The translations under genes and the position numbers were made by a program. The notes beneath the pieces were generated by a model. The model was given only the letters and a program-made list of their open reading frames with translations. It was not told the origin of the DNA and did no database searches. From Rhynchopus sp. YZ270_cl-10 (taxonomy: Eukaryota), in the NCBI GenBank assembly GCA_964035575.1, contig OZ037842.1, positions 1 through 64,000 of the forward strand: a DNA stretch of 64,000 nt, written 5' to 3'. Shown here one piece after another: positions 41,041-53,590 of this stretch; position 1 is the stretch's first letter; the number at the start of each line of letters is the position of its first letter.

Positions 41041-44000
41041 TTTATTTTTGAAAAGTCCCTGGAAGTGAGTGGGTTGCTGGGGATGAGAGAAAAATATTTC
41101 AACTTAGATTTGCCTATATTTTGAAAAACATGGAACAAGACATGCAATATAAAACTGAGCCACAAGAAAATACGGGGAAAATGACTGTAGGTATTTGTGA
41201 TACTCCTTCGCGTGTACACACAAACGAGGTTCTCCCCATCCCGTCAAGAGTCTGGCGATCACCAGACAACGTGTCTTGTATATCTTCTCCTTGTTAGGCC
41301 GCAAAGCAGTCTGTCAAGGATCTTACAAGTGGGGTAAGCTTCTCACCTACCATGGGAAGTAAAAGAAAGGGGTTCTCGCAAGGAAACTTGCCGTCAAAAA
41401 AATCAAGAATACTAGAAATATAAAATATAGACAAACACATACACAACATGTGTGCTCACATGAATGGGAGCGGATGCCTCCAAAACAAGAAAGGAATAGA
41501 CAAAGGCAGTACAAAAAATATATTGAGAAAACCCATCACGGCGGCGAGATTGTTGGGCAGAAAACGTGTTCTATCATCTACACATTAACTCGCTTTCCAT
41601 TCTTGGGTTTTCTTTCGCATGACTCAAAACTGGGCTGCGCATGAATCACGTCGACTTAATGTGCTCTGATTTCCGCAGATGTAAAATACATGAACAAGTG
41701 GCTTCTATTTAAGACGAGGCCACCTGGATGGTTAGCTACTAGGATTTGGCATCTGTGGAGGAAGCACCTACCAACACCATTTCAGACCTTCGGAAGAATA
41801 AACCACGAAGGAAACGCTTATGATGTGGCACTGTCTTGACAATGTAAAAACACACAGTTTATTTTCTATTTGCACAATGTACCCTACAAAAAAACTAGAG
41901 CACTATAAAAACCCCCCCGACACCAAACACCCCCGATACCACTCTGGAAGCGTTGGGCTAGTAAGTAGTAGTCGTGTATCAGACGCAGGCACTGCCCCTG
42001 GTGATGTAATAATAATCGTTGGTTTGGAGCAGAAATTACATCGACATTGCCAACAGTCCAGACCCCAACACAGCACAAATGTTTAGACAAAAAACCACGT
42101 TTGAATTTTTGTATTCCGTGCACACTCCTTTGATGTACATGACAAACCACTTATGGGGAGTATGGGATTAGAGGAGTAGCTTTGGCGCACCCCCCGGATT
42201 AGGGAAAAGGGAAAAGGGAAAAGGGAAAAGGGTAAAAAGCCCCAAAAAAAAAACACCAGGGTACCCCACTTTTGGGGAGTTTGTGCGGCTTTTACCATGT
42301 ACACCATGAACGCTTCTTCTATTCAACAAGGGTGCCGCGATCTTCCCCTCACCCCCCCTCCCCTAATCTCCAAAGAAGACTGACCGAAACGTACACACAC
42401 ATAGAATAAGAATATATAAAGATTGTGTATTTTTTTGCAAAAAATAAAATACAATCAGAGAAAAAGATGGGGTTTTTTTTCCGCCGTTTCCGGTTTTTCT
42501 GGTTTTCAAAAAAAAATTCACGCGCCTTCGGCACGCGAAACCTCCACATTACACGCTCGCCTGGGTATGGTCCCCTCAACCCACCCGGTCCTCAACCAGG
42601 GGCCACACCTGACAGCGGTATATTCACTGCGGTTTTGAAAGGCTCTTCTGGACAGAGACGAACTCAAGAATCAACCAAACCCACCCCGTGTGTTATTTTA
42701 TTTTTACGCCCTTCGGGAAACCCGGGAAAACCAGAAACCAGACCCCATCTCGACCCTGAACAAAGAAAAGAGCACATCAATGTCCACAAATGTGAAAAAA
42801 AAAAAAAAGGGTGTCTGCACAGATATCTTTACTAACTAAATGAAAGACTACAAGGAGTGAAATCTTGTGCAGCGCAGTGCACCCGAAAAAAAAGGTAATA
42901 AACTTTCATATTCAAAGAGAAAGCACAACGACGTTCAAAAAGGAATTTTTTTTTTTTTTGGTGCTTGAAACGCCTTCGGCTCAGGCCATGGAAGGCGCTC
43001 CTCTCACTGGTTGCCAATAATTCGCCAATGCTCATACGGAAACACCGAGACGGGATCTAAGGTGTATCCGCTCATTGCACTGGGGATCAGAAGGGTAGAG
43101 ACACAGCAATGAACGGGAGCCCATCGCAGTTGTGTTTGCACGTTGCGTTGTCTTCAAAAGCCTATGCAGGAACGATACCGTACGCAAGCACAGACGAGAG
43201 AAAAGACACCTTTGCCGTGCGCCCACTATAAGATAATAGTAATACATGGAAAACTCTGCTGCCGTTTTAAACGCTTTGACACACTGCCAAAAAACGGACC
43301 TCAGCAACAACATTTGGGGCAAAAGAGGCAAAAAAAAGGAAACAAAGATGGTCAAAGTTGAGACCCATGTCAGGGCAAGAGAGGGATGAACGTCATGGTA
43401 TAGAGCCAATCGATCCGCTGTCCTTAGCCTCAGAGAGACGAAACAGTGTATGGTGTTTTGACGGTGTTTTAAGGTTTTATATTCTCCACTTCACTGGTGG
43501 GGAAACGTTGTGACTTTTTTTTTTGGAAAAAAAAAATCAAACAGAATACAAAGATACAAAACCAGGGTGTTAACTAATTTTGGAACTTTCCTGGAAAATT
43601 TTTTGCCTCCCGTGGAAACAAAAATTCTCCTCGAAGAAAAAAAAAGGGGCGTTTTCAGCCCCAAGCCCTGAACGAACCAGAAACATCTTTTTTTTCCCGA
43701 AAAAAAAGACCAAAATCTTAAACCTTTACTGGGAGGGGGATGAATACAAGCCCCCGGTAAAGGTCTTGTATTCACCATTCAGCTTTGGGGGGCAAAACTG
43801 ACTGATCGATGTGTAGTGCATCCGGAAACTGCCGGGTGCACATCATCTCTATGAACAACGCACATCTGCTTACCCAATAAGCTGCTAGAGGAGCAGCCTC
43901 TACAGGTGCAAGATGCCTCATCACTTACACGGCACGGTAGTCAGCAAAACGACAACCCAAATAATATGGCATATGACCCCAGAGTTTTTTGGATTGTCAA

Positions 44001-45467
44001 CTAACAACTCAAACATGACTGTCGCAAAGACATCTCACATGCAAATAAGGTTGTCAATGGCATGTCATTTGGGTTGTCATTCCGCACCGTGTAGGGGCTT
44101 AGGGGGACTATTCTTTTCTTAAATTTTGCTCTGCAACAGCAGGACTTACAAAATAAAAGACACGCGCAAAAAACAAAGCACGAAACAAAGAAGAGAAATG
44201 GAAAGAGCAAACGCCTGGTCTGGCGATGGTGCCTCAAAAAAAAATATCGAGACGCTCTTCAGGAAAAGCCCTAAAGAGGATCGTTTTGGGAGACAACGAA
44301 CGAGGTGTTCCCCCGTTGTTGAAATAGGAACGGGACATTGGCTTCGTTTTGCGGGGGGGGGAAGGAAACAAAATTTGGAGCCGAAAAAGTTGAAAAAGAA
44401 AAAAAGAAAGAAAAATTGAAAGATGAATATGCCTCACATACATACGCCTCTAAGAAAAAAATAAGGAAATATGTACCAGGTACGCACACTGCTGTAGCGT
44501 CCTAAAAACAAGCATGTCCTTAAATCGGGGAAAAATCAGGGATTTTATGATTTTCAAATCGCAAAATTTTCGCGCTGCGCGCGAAAATTTTTCGCGCACA
44601 ACTGGAGAAGATATTCTTTTTGCTGTTGTAGGGCCGCAGTGCGGATGGTCATATTTTTCTCTTCCCCCACCCCAGTGTCTTATCCAGGAATCCAGATTTC
44701 AAGGGGGTCAGCTTGTTTTGTTGCCCAATATTATTTCCAGCGCTGCTGACCAGGGAACATTGGGAGCTGTATATAAAATGGCGCCGCAGGCGAAAAAAAA
44801 TTTGGAGCGGGGTGTAAAAATCTAGCTTTTTACACCACAGAGTCACTCAACGAACCCTTTTTTGCGGAGCAAAAAAGGGAAAATGGCGCCGCAGACAAAA
44901 AATTTTTAGGATACAGCTTTCATGGTGCGGTCAGCAACCCAGTTCCCCAGGGAACTCCCGTGGTTCAACCACGTTTCTACCATTACTCTTTTGACCCCCC
45001 CGGGCGCCCCCATTTCAAAAAGACACTACCCCATGTCCATACGAAAAATTTTTCACCTGCAAAAATAAAATTTTCTTATAGAAAATCCCAAATCGCAAAC
45101 CGGATTTAGAGGACAGCATGCCTAAAAAATACAAAAAAAAAAAAAAAAAAAAACGTGACATGATGCAGAGTGCCCAGCATTTGTAGCAAGGAGGGTGTTG
45201 AACCACATCGCCTGCCTCCAACTAGTTGGTCACAGTTTAAAATGGAATATACAGTAAAACGAAATGATAGAGGACGGGAAAATTACACATACGGGTGGGG
45301 GAGCAAGAAACGGGAGAAGAACGAGAAAGGGGAAAAAAAAACGAAAAAAAACAAAAACAAAAACGAAGACTGTAGAGTAAGAATAAATACTGATGTGCGT
45401 CTGACCCTGCACGTAATGGTGTACATTTGCAAAACACCCACGACAGGTTTGATTGACATTTAGCAAT

Positions 45468-48400
45468 CTATTGGATTGTTGGCTTTACCCTTTCGCGGGA
45501 ACCACCAGTGTGTTCCTCCAAGAACTCGCACACGAGGCCCATGGTACGGTCACCCTCGACGTGCAGGTGGGCGGAAATCAGTTTGTAGTTAGACTCGGTG
45601 AAGGCAACGGTGTACTCTTCGCCCCACAGCCAGTCTTGCTCGTCGCCCTTCAAGAAGTCCATCTGGTACACGGTCAGCTGCTCGGACAGAGACGACGAAA
45701 TGTGCAAACGGCTGACAGGCCGGATGACCCCCTGCATCATGTGGTCCGTCAGCAGCGACAGCTTCTGTGAATACGAAGCAACGCACGCAAAACACTTGAA
45801 GTGCTCCGCCTCCAGAACCAGCGAATGTGCAATGTTGATCGGCGTCCCCACAACAGTCATGAACTTCTGCGATCCTGTCCCAACCATGCCACACACAACG
45901 CTGCCGGCGCATATCCCCATCGCCGCTGAGTAGCCGTGCTTCAAGAAGTGCTCCTGAGACAACTCAACAAAGCGAGACGCCAACAGCATGTGCGACCCAA
46001 CGTTCTGAGTGGGGACAGTGTTCCACCCAACAATAAGGCTCGTGTTGTGTGCAGCAATGACATTGCCCTTGGTTCTTTCCAGGTGCACGAGAACAGAGTT
46101 GAATGCACCCGAAAGCATCTCCGCAGTTTCGCCCTCGAAGGCATCGACGAAGCTCATGTCCATGCAACACACTGTTGCGCTTGCAACAACGCTGAAGGAG
46201 TTTGACGTGCCACGGTCGCCAAAGGAGCGCACAGTTGTTGTGTCACAGAAGGGGTTCTTCCCTGGCGAGCCTGCCAACTGCTGGCGTGCCTGTGGGCGAG
46301 CAATCTGCCTTTCGTGGAGGTGCATCAACACATCCTCACGCCTGCCTTCCAGTGTGCGTGGCAAAAGGATCGACAGGTCGTGTGTGCCGCTGAATCCCTT
46401 TAGCGTGGTGTTAGGCAGCTCTACAATGACAAGCTCCTTGTACTGGTCACGGTCCTCCTGCAGCTTCTCCAGCACGCCCCCAGCAACACACACAGATCCT
46501 CCCACACCAGCCGCTTCGAGCCGTGCCGCCTTGTTCACAGTTGAGCCAAAGTAGTCCACACGCCCTGTGAGGGTGTTCGTCTCTGTACTCACCGGCCCAC
46601 TGTGGATCCCGATGCGCACGCGAAGACCCTTCCAATACGAGCCGATCTGCCTACTGGCAGGGTGCGTGTGCAGGTTCGGTGGCCACAGCTCGCTCTGCAG
46701 AAGCGCAAACTGGAAGTCAAGCGCAAACCTAAGCGCCTGATGGTCTGTGTCGAAGGTCACCATAAACGCGTCGCCAATGGTTTTGACCTCGTACCCGTTG
46801 TTCTTCACAATTGCCTTGCGTGCAAGGGTGTTGTGGATGTTCAGCGCTGTCTGCATGTCGTTTGCAAAAGACTCCCACAACTCCGTTGAGCGCTGAATGT
46901 CAGTGAAGACGACAGCAGCAAACTGTGTGTCCAGCCCTGGGGCAAACCTGTCGGGGGGGAAGTTGCCGCTGTCTTCGAGAGATTCGCAGTGCTTGGCAAG
47001 AAGGGAGCGTGGGAGGTAGCGTTTGTACTCAGCAAGGTTGTCGATGATCTGGATGAAGGAGCTGACAATCTCGGAGGGGTTCTGTATGTCACGTATATCC
47101 TTCAGGTCCTCAAGCTGCATGCGTGCGATGCTGGTTGCGCACCGCATTGCGACTGCTGTCTCTGAGTGTAGTTCTGTGATCTTCGACCTGTCGCGAAGCA
47201 CTCGTGTGCACACTAGCGGGACTGCAATCACCAGCACGCCACCGACAATCGCCGATACGATAATCGCAATCAGGATGTTTGAACTCTCATCCTCGAGAGG
47301 GCAGTGAACGTTCCCAAAGCCAGAGTTCGTGTAGCCGCTCGGGCAGGGCGTGCACGAGGAGGCACCTTCCTCGGAGAAGGTGTCCTGTGCACACTCCGTA
47401 CACTCCGCAGCACCGTCCTCTGCGCTGTATGTGCCGGCAGGACACTTCGAGCATTCCTTCACACCTTCGACAATGTCGGTTACGTTTGAGTACATCCCAG
47501 CCAGGCAGGGGTGGCACTCAATTCTATAGGACGGAATCGTTTGGTTGATGTCCTCCACGTAGCGCGTACCACTGGGGCAGGCATCCCCAAAGTGGCTGAG
47601 CTGGCCCACGTCGGTGATGCCCTCAACGAGATACGTCATGTTCACCTGCAGGTAGTAGTCATCGATGCACGTAGCGTTCAGCTCCTGCTGCACAAACTTG
47701 CCTTCATCGTTCCAGATGGGGTAACAGAACGGGTCCCACCCGCCCTTCAGCTTTTCCACCGACTCTTCGAACAGGGAACGTGTATCGGAGCTCACACGGA
47801 AAGAGGGGTCGTAGTTCACAGACACGCCACTAGGGTATCCGTACCAAATGCCATGGTTCCCGTCGCGGAAGTTCCCCGTGTAGGAGCGGTTAATCATCTC
47901 CTTGTAGATTGGACCCCAGTTGAAGTTGGACGACGTCAGGACAGACTCCCCAATGAACTTCCTCCCATCTGTGTTCGCAGCCACGCTTGTGATGTTCACC
48001 TCTTTCGCGTACTTGGAGCCCTCCTGCGTGTTGGTGTGGTATGCAATGACATCGCACCCAAGCAGGTGCATGCGGCGTGCTGCCTCGCGCTCCTTCACAG
48101 GGTCGTAGAAGGTTCCGATCCACATCACCACCACGTCCACTTTGTGCTCCACGTATGTACTGTTCACAATGGCACCGGCACCCACCTGCGCACCGAGGTA
48201 GAAAGCGTTGGCAGACCTGTACACCTCAGCGATGGGGAGGGACGAGATGTAGGAGACGCGGTTCGTCTTCGTCTCGCCGCCTGCCACCACACCCGACACG
48301 TACTTGCTGTGGTACACACGTCCATGCGCAGTGGCGAAGTTGTCGAGACCTGAGTGGTACCCTGTCATGTGCACAAAGTCCATATTCGGGTGGGAGCGTG

Positions 48401-48716
48401 CTGCAGCAAAGGTCTGGTCGTGGTATGTGAAGGACGTGCTGAAGACCATGTCGTAGCCGTCTGCACTGATCTGCCCCATGAGGTCTAATGCGTTGCCGGG
48501 CTCAACGTTCTCGAAGATCTCTGTCCTCAGCGAGTCGCCCCGATCCACCATGTACGGCCGCAGCTCATCGTGTGCCCGAATGCGCCCTTCGTTGTGGGTG
48601 TACGACCACCCGAAGTCCGAGATCACTCCGTTGTACAAGAACGCAACCTTGAATTCTCTGCACAGCACTGCTGGGAGGAGCAGGATGCCCAGCAGTGCGG
48701 GGTACATAGTCGTCAT
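45468..48716 (-). CDS. Receptor adenylate cyclase: BMP/PnrA-like SBP, Cys-rich (GCC2/GCC3-like) repeats, TM, active class III cyclase, degenerate second cyclase domain
   Basis: KVAFLYNGVISDFGWSYTHNEGR (BMP family) and CPAGTYS..CTEC repeats. Catalytic motifs VVFTDIQRST, EVKTIGDAFMV, RVRIGIHSG, DYFGSTVNKAARLE. The likely start is MTTMYPALL (48716), although the frame is open to 48815. Confidence 0.92.
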   Translation of the reverse strand: MTTMYPALLGILLLPAVLCREFKVAFLYNGVISDFGWSYTHNEGRIRAHDELRPYMVDRGDSLRTEIFENVEPGNALDLMGQISADGYDMVFSTSFTYHDQTFAAARSHPNMDFVHMTGYHSGLDNFATAHGRVYHSKYVSGVVAGGETKTNRVSYISSLPIAEVYRSANAFYLGAQVGAGAIVNSTYVEHKVDVVVMWIGTFYDPVKEREAARRMHLLGCDVIAYHTNTQEGSKYAKEVNITSVAANTDGRKFIGESVLTSSNFNWGPIYKEMINRSYTGNFRDGNHGIWYGYPSGVSVNYDPSFRVSSDTRSLFEESVEKLKGGWDPFCYPIWNDEGKFVQQELNATCIDDYYLQVNMTYLVEGITDVGQLSHFGDACPSGTRYVEDINQTIPSYRIECHPCLAGMYSNVTDIVEGVKECSKCPAGTYSAEDGAAECTECAQDTFSEEGASSCTPCPSGYTNSGFGNVHCPLEDESSNILIAIIVSAIVGGVLVIAVPLVCTRVLRDRSKITELHSETAVAMRCATSIARMQLEDLKDIRDIQNPSEIVSSFIQIIDNLAEYKRYLPRSLLAKHCESLEDSGNFPPDRFAPGLDTQFAAVVFTDIQRSTELWESFANDMQTALNIHNTLARKAIVKNNGYEVKTIGDAFMVTFDTDHQALRFALDFQFALLQSELWPPNLHTHPASRQIGSYWKGLRVRIGIHSGPVSTETNTLTGRVDYFGSTVNKAARLEAAGVGGSVCVAGGVLEKLQEDRDQYKELVIVELPNTTLKGFSGTHDLSILLPRTLEGRREDVLMHLHERQIARPQARQQLAGSPGKNPFCDTTTVRSFGDRGTSNSFSVVASATVCCMDMSFVDAFEGETAEMLSGAFNSVLVHLERTKGNVIAAHNTSLIVGWNTVPTQNVGSHMLLASRFVELSQEHFLKHGYSAAMGICAGSVVCGMVGTGSQKFMTVVGTPINIAHSLVLEAEHFKCFACVASYSQKLSLLTDHMMQGVIRPVSRLHISSSLSEQLTVYQMDFLKGDEQDWLWGEEYTVAFTESNYKLISAHLHVEGDRTMGLVCEFLEEHTGGSRERVKPTIQ

Positions 48717-50142
48717 GCTGCCGCCAAAAGGAGCGACAAAACAACAAAACACCTGATGGGTTGTGGTTGTGGTGGCCATGGTGGGGTGCTGGTAACGTAA
48801 AAAACTCATCTGCATCCTTTTTTTTGTTTACGAGCCGAATCATGAACGTGAAAGCACCTCCTCCTTCGGGGCGTTGCCACCAATTAAGTGCAGCTTTTCC
48901 CCAAAAGTAGATTCCCAACTAAAAATAAGCGAAAAAAACAAAGTATAGTGAAGTTGTCGCAAGGGAAAGCATGACTCAAAAGATGAAAATCCTCACACAA
49001 TTCAGAGGAAAAAAAATTTCTGTAAGATCCCAAGCCTCGCATGCTTGCCATCTTACCTAAAAATAATGATACGACAATGTGGACGGAAGCATGTAGTTTT
49101 TGGTCATATGGACCACGAATAAGAACCGGAGACAAAAAAAAAAAAACCGAAAATCATTTGAAAAAAAAGAGCAACAATAATTCAACAGCTTTCTATTCAG
49201 GAACAGAAAGACAAAAATGTGTGAGTTGAGGGAGAAAAAGGTTGAATTGAAACGGGCTGTGCAAGGGTTTTGCCGTTACAAAGAGAAAAAAAGAAGGGCC
49301 AGACAGAGACGAATACACGAGGTGCTGGATTCATACCGATGGACTGTCCCCTCGTAATATGAATTGTTTTGCAACACTTCCCTTTCGACGAGGACCTCGA
49401 TGGCGTCCTGTGTGCCACAACAGATGAGTTATCAGAGGTAGCATTTTCCGCTGCCTTAGAAAGGAAAACATTAGGTGCGCCATCTATGATCGTCTCCGTG
49501 AGACGCGACAGGCTGTGAGCTTGTGAGAGACTGCGAGAGACTGTAAGACGTTGAGAGCTACTGAAAAAAGCTCTCCCCGTTCATAGCTGGTCCAAACAGA
49601 GTTCAAAAACAAAAAGTAAATACAAAAATCACAAAAAGAAAGTTGGTGGTACACATGCTTCGTGGATGAACCCCTGCGGTGCCCTCAAAAGAAGGAAAGC
49701 AGACCGAGACAAAACTCACTCTGATCAGTGTGTAATTTTTATTGTCCCTTTTGTCAAAATCTCTTTGTTTTCTTTTTGCCTAGTTTTCTTGCATTTCTTA
49801 TGATTCTTGTACCTTCTCTGTTTTGGTTGTTAGATACGCTCAATCGCCTATAGTTCTGTGAAAAGCACGAAACTCCTTTTCATGTGTATCTATGGAAAAC
49901 AGTATCATATGTGGTACCAGGGCGCATTCCCACTCCATTCGGTTTTCTCTTACTTAGAAAAAAATTGTATTACAACAGCCCGCTCGTGACGGTGTACCTA
50001 CACTGTCACGAGCCAAAAAATAAACAGGCAGCACTACTTTTTTTTTACATTTTTTCATGCACTGAAAAAGATCCTTTTCACTATTAGGTGAAAGACACGC
50101 ACAAAAAACCCCATTGACCCCACAACCTTTTACCCCCCTACC

Positions 50143-53052
50143 CTACTTACCATTCGGTGAGTCAGTGTTTTCTGACGAGAGCGTCTCGAAGGTGCCTACG
50201 GTCATGTACGGGACGACCTGCGACTCCTCGAGGCGGCCCTGCATCGTGAGGAGAAGTCTGTCCCCTTCCTGTAGACAGCCGATGTCGACGCTGAAGACCT
50301 GCTCGTCGCGTTTGCAGACCCTCTGTGCGAAGGGGCGGTACAGGTAGCCACTCCGCTTCAGCATGCTCACCATATGCGTGTCGCGCGATGTGTACAGAAA
50401 CGGACGATCGTCGCCCGTCAGCTGCGACAGCGCCAACGAGCAGTGCGTCGCCCCCGTCGCTGTGATGAAGCGCTGGTCCTGTGTCCCGACGTACCCACTC
50501 AACACACCACCCGTGCACACTCCACAACGGATCTGCTGTGAGCGGATGATGAGGCCCACACAGCGGAAGCAACTTTCGACGTGCGACACGCACTTCTTCG
50601 TCGCGTTCCACCCCGCAATGACATACGCCCCGACTACAGTCGCGATTACGCCGTCAGTGCGCCCCAGACACGACACCGCTGTCGTGACGAAGGAGTTGAG
50701 CATTGCTGTGGCGGTACGCGGCAGCTGTTCATCAACATCGTGGACGATGCTCGCCACTGTTGCGCTGTCGATGCTGCGCAGGGTGCCCGAGATGTGCACC
50801 AGTGCAGAGGTACGCTGTGCACCGTTAGCCCGCCGCTGTGCCGAGCTTGTGGCCGAGTGTCCGCTCGCACTGAGCGATGCACTGTTGGTGCGCGGCAGCT
50901 TCTCCACCTCCAGGATTGTCTCTGCCCGTTCGGAAAGCGATGTCGGGATCAGAAGTGTGATGTGCACAGGCTCTGCAATCCCCTTGAGTGTGCGGTCGCC
51001 CAAGGGCACCTCCAACGCACCGTGGCAGTCCTGTGAGGTGGCACGCGAGGTGGCAACCGACACAGCACCACCCGCACACCACGACTGGATGCGTGCAGCA
51101 CGGTTCACAGTGGGCCCGAGGTAGTCTGCTCTGCCTGTGGCATCGATCTCCGTGTTGATGGGGCCGTAGTGCACACCGATGCGCACGCGGATGACGTGCC
51201 CGTCTGCGGCAAGCGACTCGGGCCACGCCACCTTGGCCAGCTCCTCTTGCACAAAGAGGCCAAAGCCAACACCGGCGTGCATGCTGTCGAAGGTCACCAT
51301 GAAGGCATCGCCGATCGTCTTCACCTCGTATCCATTCCACTCCACTATGCAGGCCCGGATCGTGAAGTTGTGCATCTCGAGCGCCGTCTTCATGCCTTCG
51401 AGGCTGTGCTCCCAGAGGTACGTCGAGCCTTCGATGTCGGTGAACACGACTGCTGCTTCGCCGTTCTCAACACCTGGGGGGTCACGTTTGAGCAGCGGGT
51501 TGAAGTGCTCGTGGTCCACGTTGAAGATGACCTGCGGTAGGAAGGACTTGTACTCAACCATGTTGGAAACCAGGTGCCGTGTGGCGTTGCGCATCAGCTT
51601 CATCTCCGTGATGCGTATCGGCAGGTTCTCGATGACAGCAGACGCCGACTCGGTGTCCATGGAGGCTACGTTTGAGATAGCAAGGGACAGCTGCTTCATC
51701 GGCAGTGCAATGAAAACCAACTCCACACCCGCAATCGTGATGTCAATCAGCAGCACCAGCACAGAGAACACCACCAAGTACAGAATGGCGGCGTTCACCT
51801 TCCCCTGCACAGAGCTCACAGGACGCATCCACAGCAGCTCAAGGTCCTCATGGCTGTGTATCCTGCTCATGAAGATCTCCGTGCCCTTGCACGTCTTCTT
51901 CGCAAACGAACCAAACTTCATGTCTGCACTCTTACTGAACGCCTCGCGCAGAGACGCAGAAAGGTTCCCCACAGAAAACGAACACCTCAAGTTCAGTTCG
52001 TTGATCTGCGTAATGACTTTACTTTCACTCGGCTGGCACCAGTCTGGGATCATCGGCCCTTCTGTGGAGGCATATATGATCTCCGTCCGTCTGTCCACGA
52101 GAAGCACCGTTGTGTCTGGGTGCTCTAGTCTGTAGGTGTCGAAGGGCGGTTGGAAGGACTTAAAAAGAAACCCGACCCAGACTGACATGTGTTTATAGCC
52201 GTGCCAAGGGTGTGGTGGCGGGGGTGGTACGAAGAAGGCTTGGAACTCTGCGTAGGAGTAGAGGTTCTGGTCGGATGCGTACCAGCGACGTGGCTTCCAC
52301 CAACGTGCGGCGATTGCGTCGCCGGGAGGTGTGCCCCAGACGTAGTGCTCGTTGGACACACCGGGGACACCCATGCCGCGTCCTGTGAGCTCCCAGTCGT
52401 ACACAAACTCTTGGAGCTCGCCTGTATCCCTGCCGATTTTGTAGCTGGGCACTGTCATGACACCGGTGCCGTTTGTGACTGTGAACATCTTTTCCGGCAG
52501 GTGGTCCCCGTACACCCCGAAGACGAGCTCTTGCGAGCCGTTACGCAGGACGTCGCCCCAGACGCCTGCGTAGAAGCCTGACGAGTCGTTCTGGTTGAAT
52601 GTTTCGAGCTGAACTGTTGAGTCGTACAACTCAGCCTGGCTCGACACCTGCGCGAAGGTGATAGAGCGCACGAGAGACGACCACTCGCTCACATTGCCTG
52701 TGGAGACACGCTCTTTTGAGTAGACAATACGCTTCAGGGTGTCCGCCGCCTCCTCCACCTTCGTGAGCTTCCCACGCACCTTGTCCTTCAGGAACGAAAG
52801 CTCCCCTGCACTGGTCTCGCGCACGCTGTCCTCAAGTGCCTCAACGCCTTGGAGGTACATGATCAGTCCACCCGCAATGGACGCTACTGTGCTCAGCAGA
52901 CTTGCCACAAGGATGACAGAGCACACGGAGACATGGAACTTTGTCTTCTTCGGCGCGACGCACACGTTGTCGTCCCCTTCATAGCTGCCCCTCTCATCGG
53001 AGAGGAATAAGGGCGGGACCGGGACTGGGAGGGAATCACTCAGGTCGCTCAT
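50143..53052 (-). CDS. Two-TM receptor adenylate cyclase with an extracellular sensor, an active cyclase and a degenerate second cyclase domain
   Basis: Two hydrophobic helices. Motifs VVFTDIEGST, EVKTIGDAFMV, RVRIGVHYG, DYLGPTVNRAARIQ. Confidence 0.93.
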   Translation of the reverse strand: MSDLSDSLPVPVPPLFLSDERGSYEGDDNVCVAPKKTKFHVSVCSVILVASLLSTVASIAGGLIMYLQGVEALEDSVRETSAGELSFLKDKVRGKLTKVEEAADTLKRIVYSKERVSTGNVSEWSSLVRSITFAQVSSQAELYDSTVQLETFNQNDSSGFYAGVWGDVLRNGSQELVFGVYGDHLPEKMFTVTNGTGVMTVPSYKIGRDTGELQEFVYDWELTGRGMGVPGVSNEHYVWGTPPGDAIAARWWKPRRWYASDQNLYSYAEFQAFFVPPPPPHPWHGYKHMSVWVGFLFKSFQPPFDTYRLEHPDTTVLLVDRRTEIIYASTEGPMIPDWCQPSESKVITQINELNLRCSFSVGNLSASLREAFSKSADMKFGSFAKKTCKGTEIFMSRIHSHEDLELLWMRPVSSVQGKVNAAILYLVVFSVLVLLIDITIAGVELVFIALPMKQLSLAISNVASMDTESASAVIENLPIRITEMKLMRNATRHLVSNMVEYKSFLPQVIFNVDHEHFNPLLKRDPPGVENGEAAVVFTDIEGSTYLWEHSLEGMKTALEMHNFTIRACIVEWNGYEVKTIGDAFMVTFDSMHAGVGFGLFVQEELAKVAWPESLAADGHVIRVRIGVHYGPINTEIDATGRADYLGPTVNRAARIQSWCAGGAVSVATSRATSQDCHGALEVPLGDRTLKGIAEPVHITLLIPTSLSERAETILEVEKLPRTNSASLSASGHSATSSAQRRANGAQRTSALVHISGTLRSIDSATVASIVHDVDEQLPRTATAMLNSFVTTAVSCLGRTDGVIATVVGAYVIAGWNATKKCVSHVESCFRCVGLIIRSQQIRCGVCTGGVLSGYVGTQDQRFITATGATHCSLALSQLTGDDRPFLYTSRDTHMVSMLKRSGYLYRPFAQRVCKRDEQVFSVDIGCLQEGDRLLLTMQGRLEESQVVPYMTVGTFETLSSENTDSPNGK

Positions 53053-53590
53053 TGTATGGTTTATACATCATGTGTTCCTGGACGTGGCGGTGAGGTGAGA
53101 GGAGGGAGGCGTAGGTGGAAAATTGTCAAAAAAGGATCATTTTGTTAGTGCGCGAGGGGGTCATTATTTTCATTCTTCGCATCACCCATCTTCTCTTTTT
53201 TAATTGTAAAGATCTTTTCAGTTCAACAGAAAAAGCAACGAAGCTAGGCTAGATGCGTAGATTGGAGGCGACATGTTCAGATGGCATTGAACAGCCCTCA
53301 TACATGTCGGGAAAGGAAACAAAAAAATTGCAAGATGGATTGTGCGACTCGGATACATGGGTCAGGGTTGTAACTACACTCGGAAGTCGGAAGAGCACAC
53401 CCCTTGCTTGTCTCTCAGCCCCTAAGCCACCTTGGGGGAGCAAAAGGTCAGGAGAGTGCAGCGTCAGAGATGGGCCCACAAAGGGGCGGGGGGTATGTTG
53501 GCTTTTTGCTGGATCGCTGCCGAAGGTTCTGAGGAATGTTCTGTACTCAACGTTATTGAAGGCTAGTGTGCTTGTTATTGTCGCAATTCA

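Noticed and set aside
50061..53223. Inverted ~15-bp match (ACTGAAAA(A)GATC) flanking the cyclase gene, suggesting a transposon
   Set aside because: The match is short, imperfect and AT-rich, with no target duplication.
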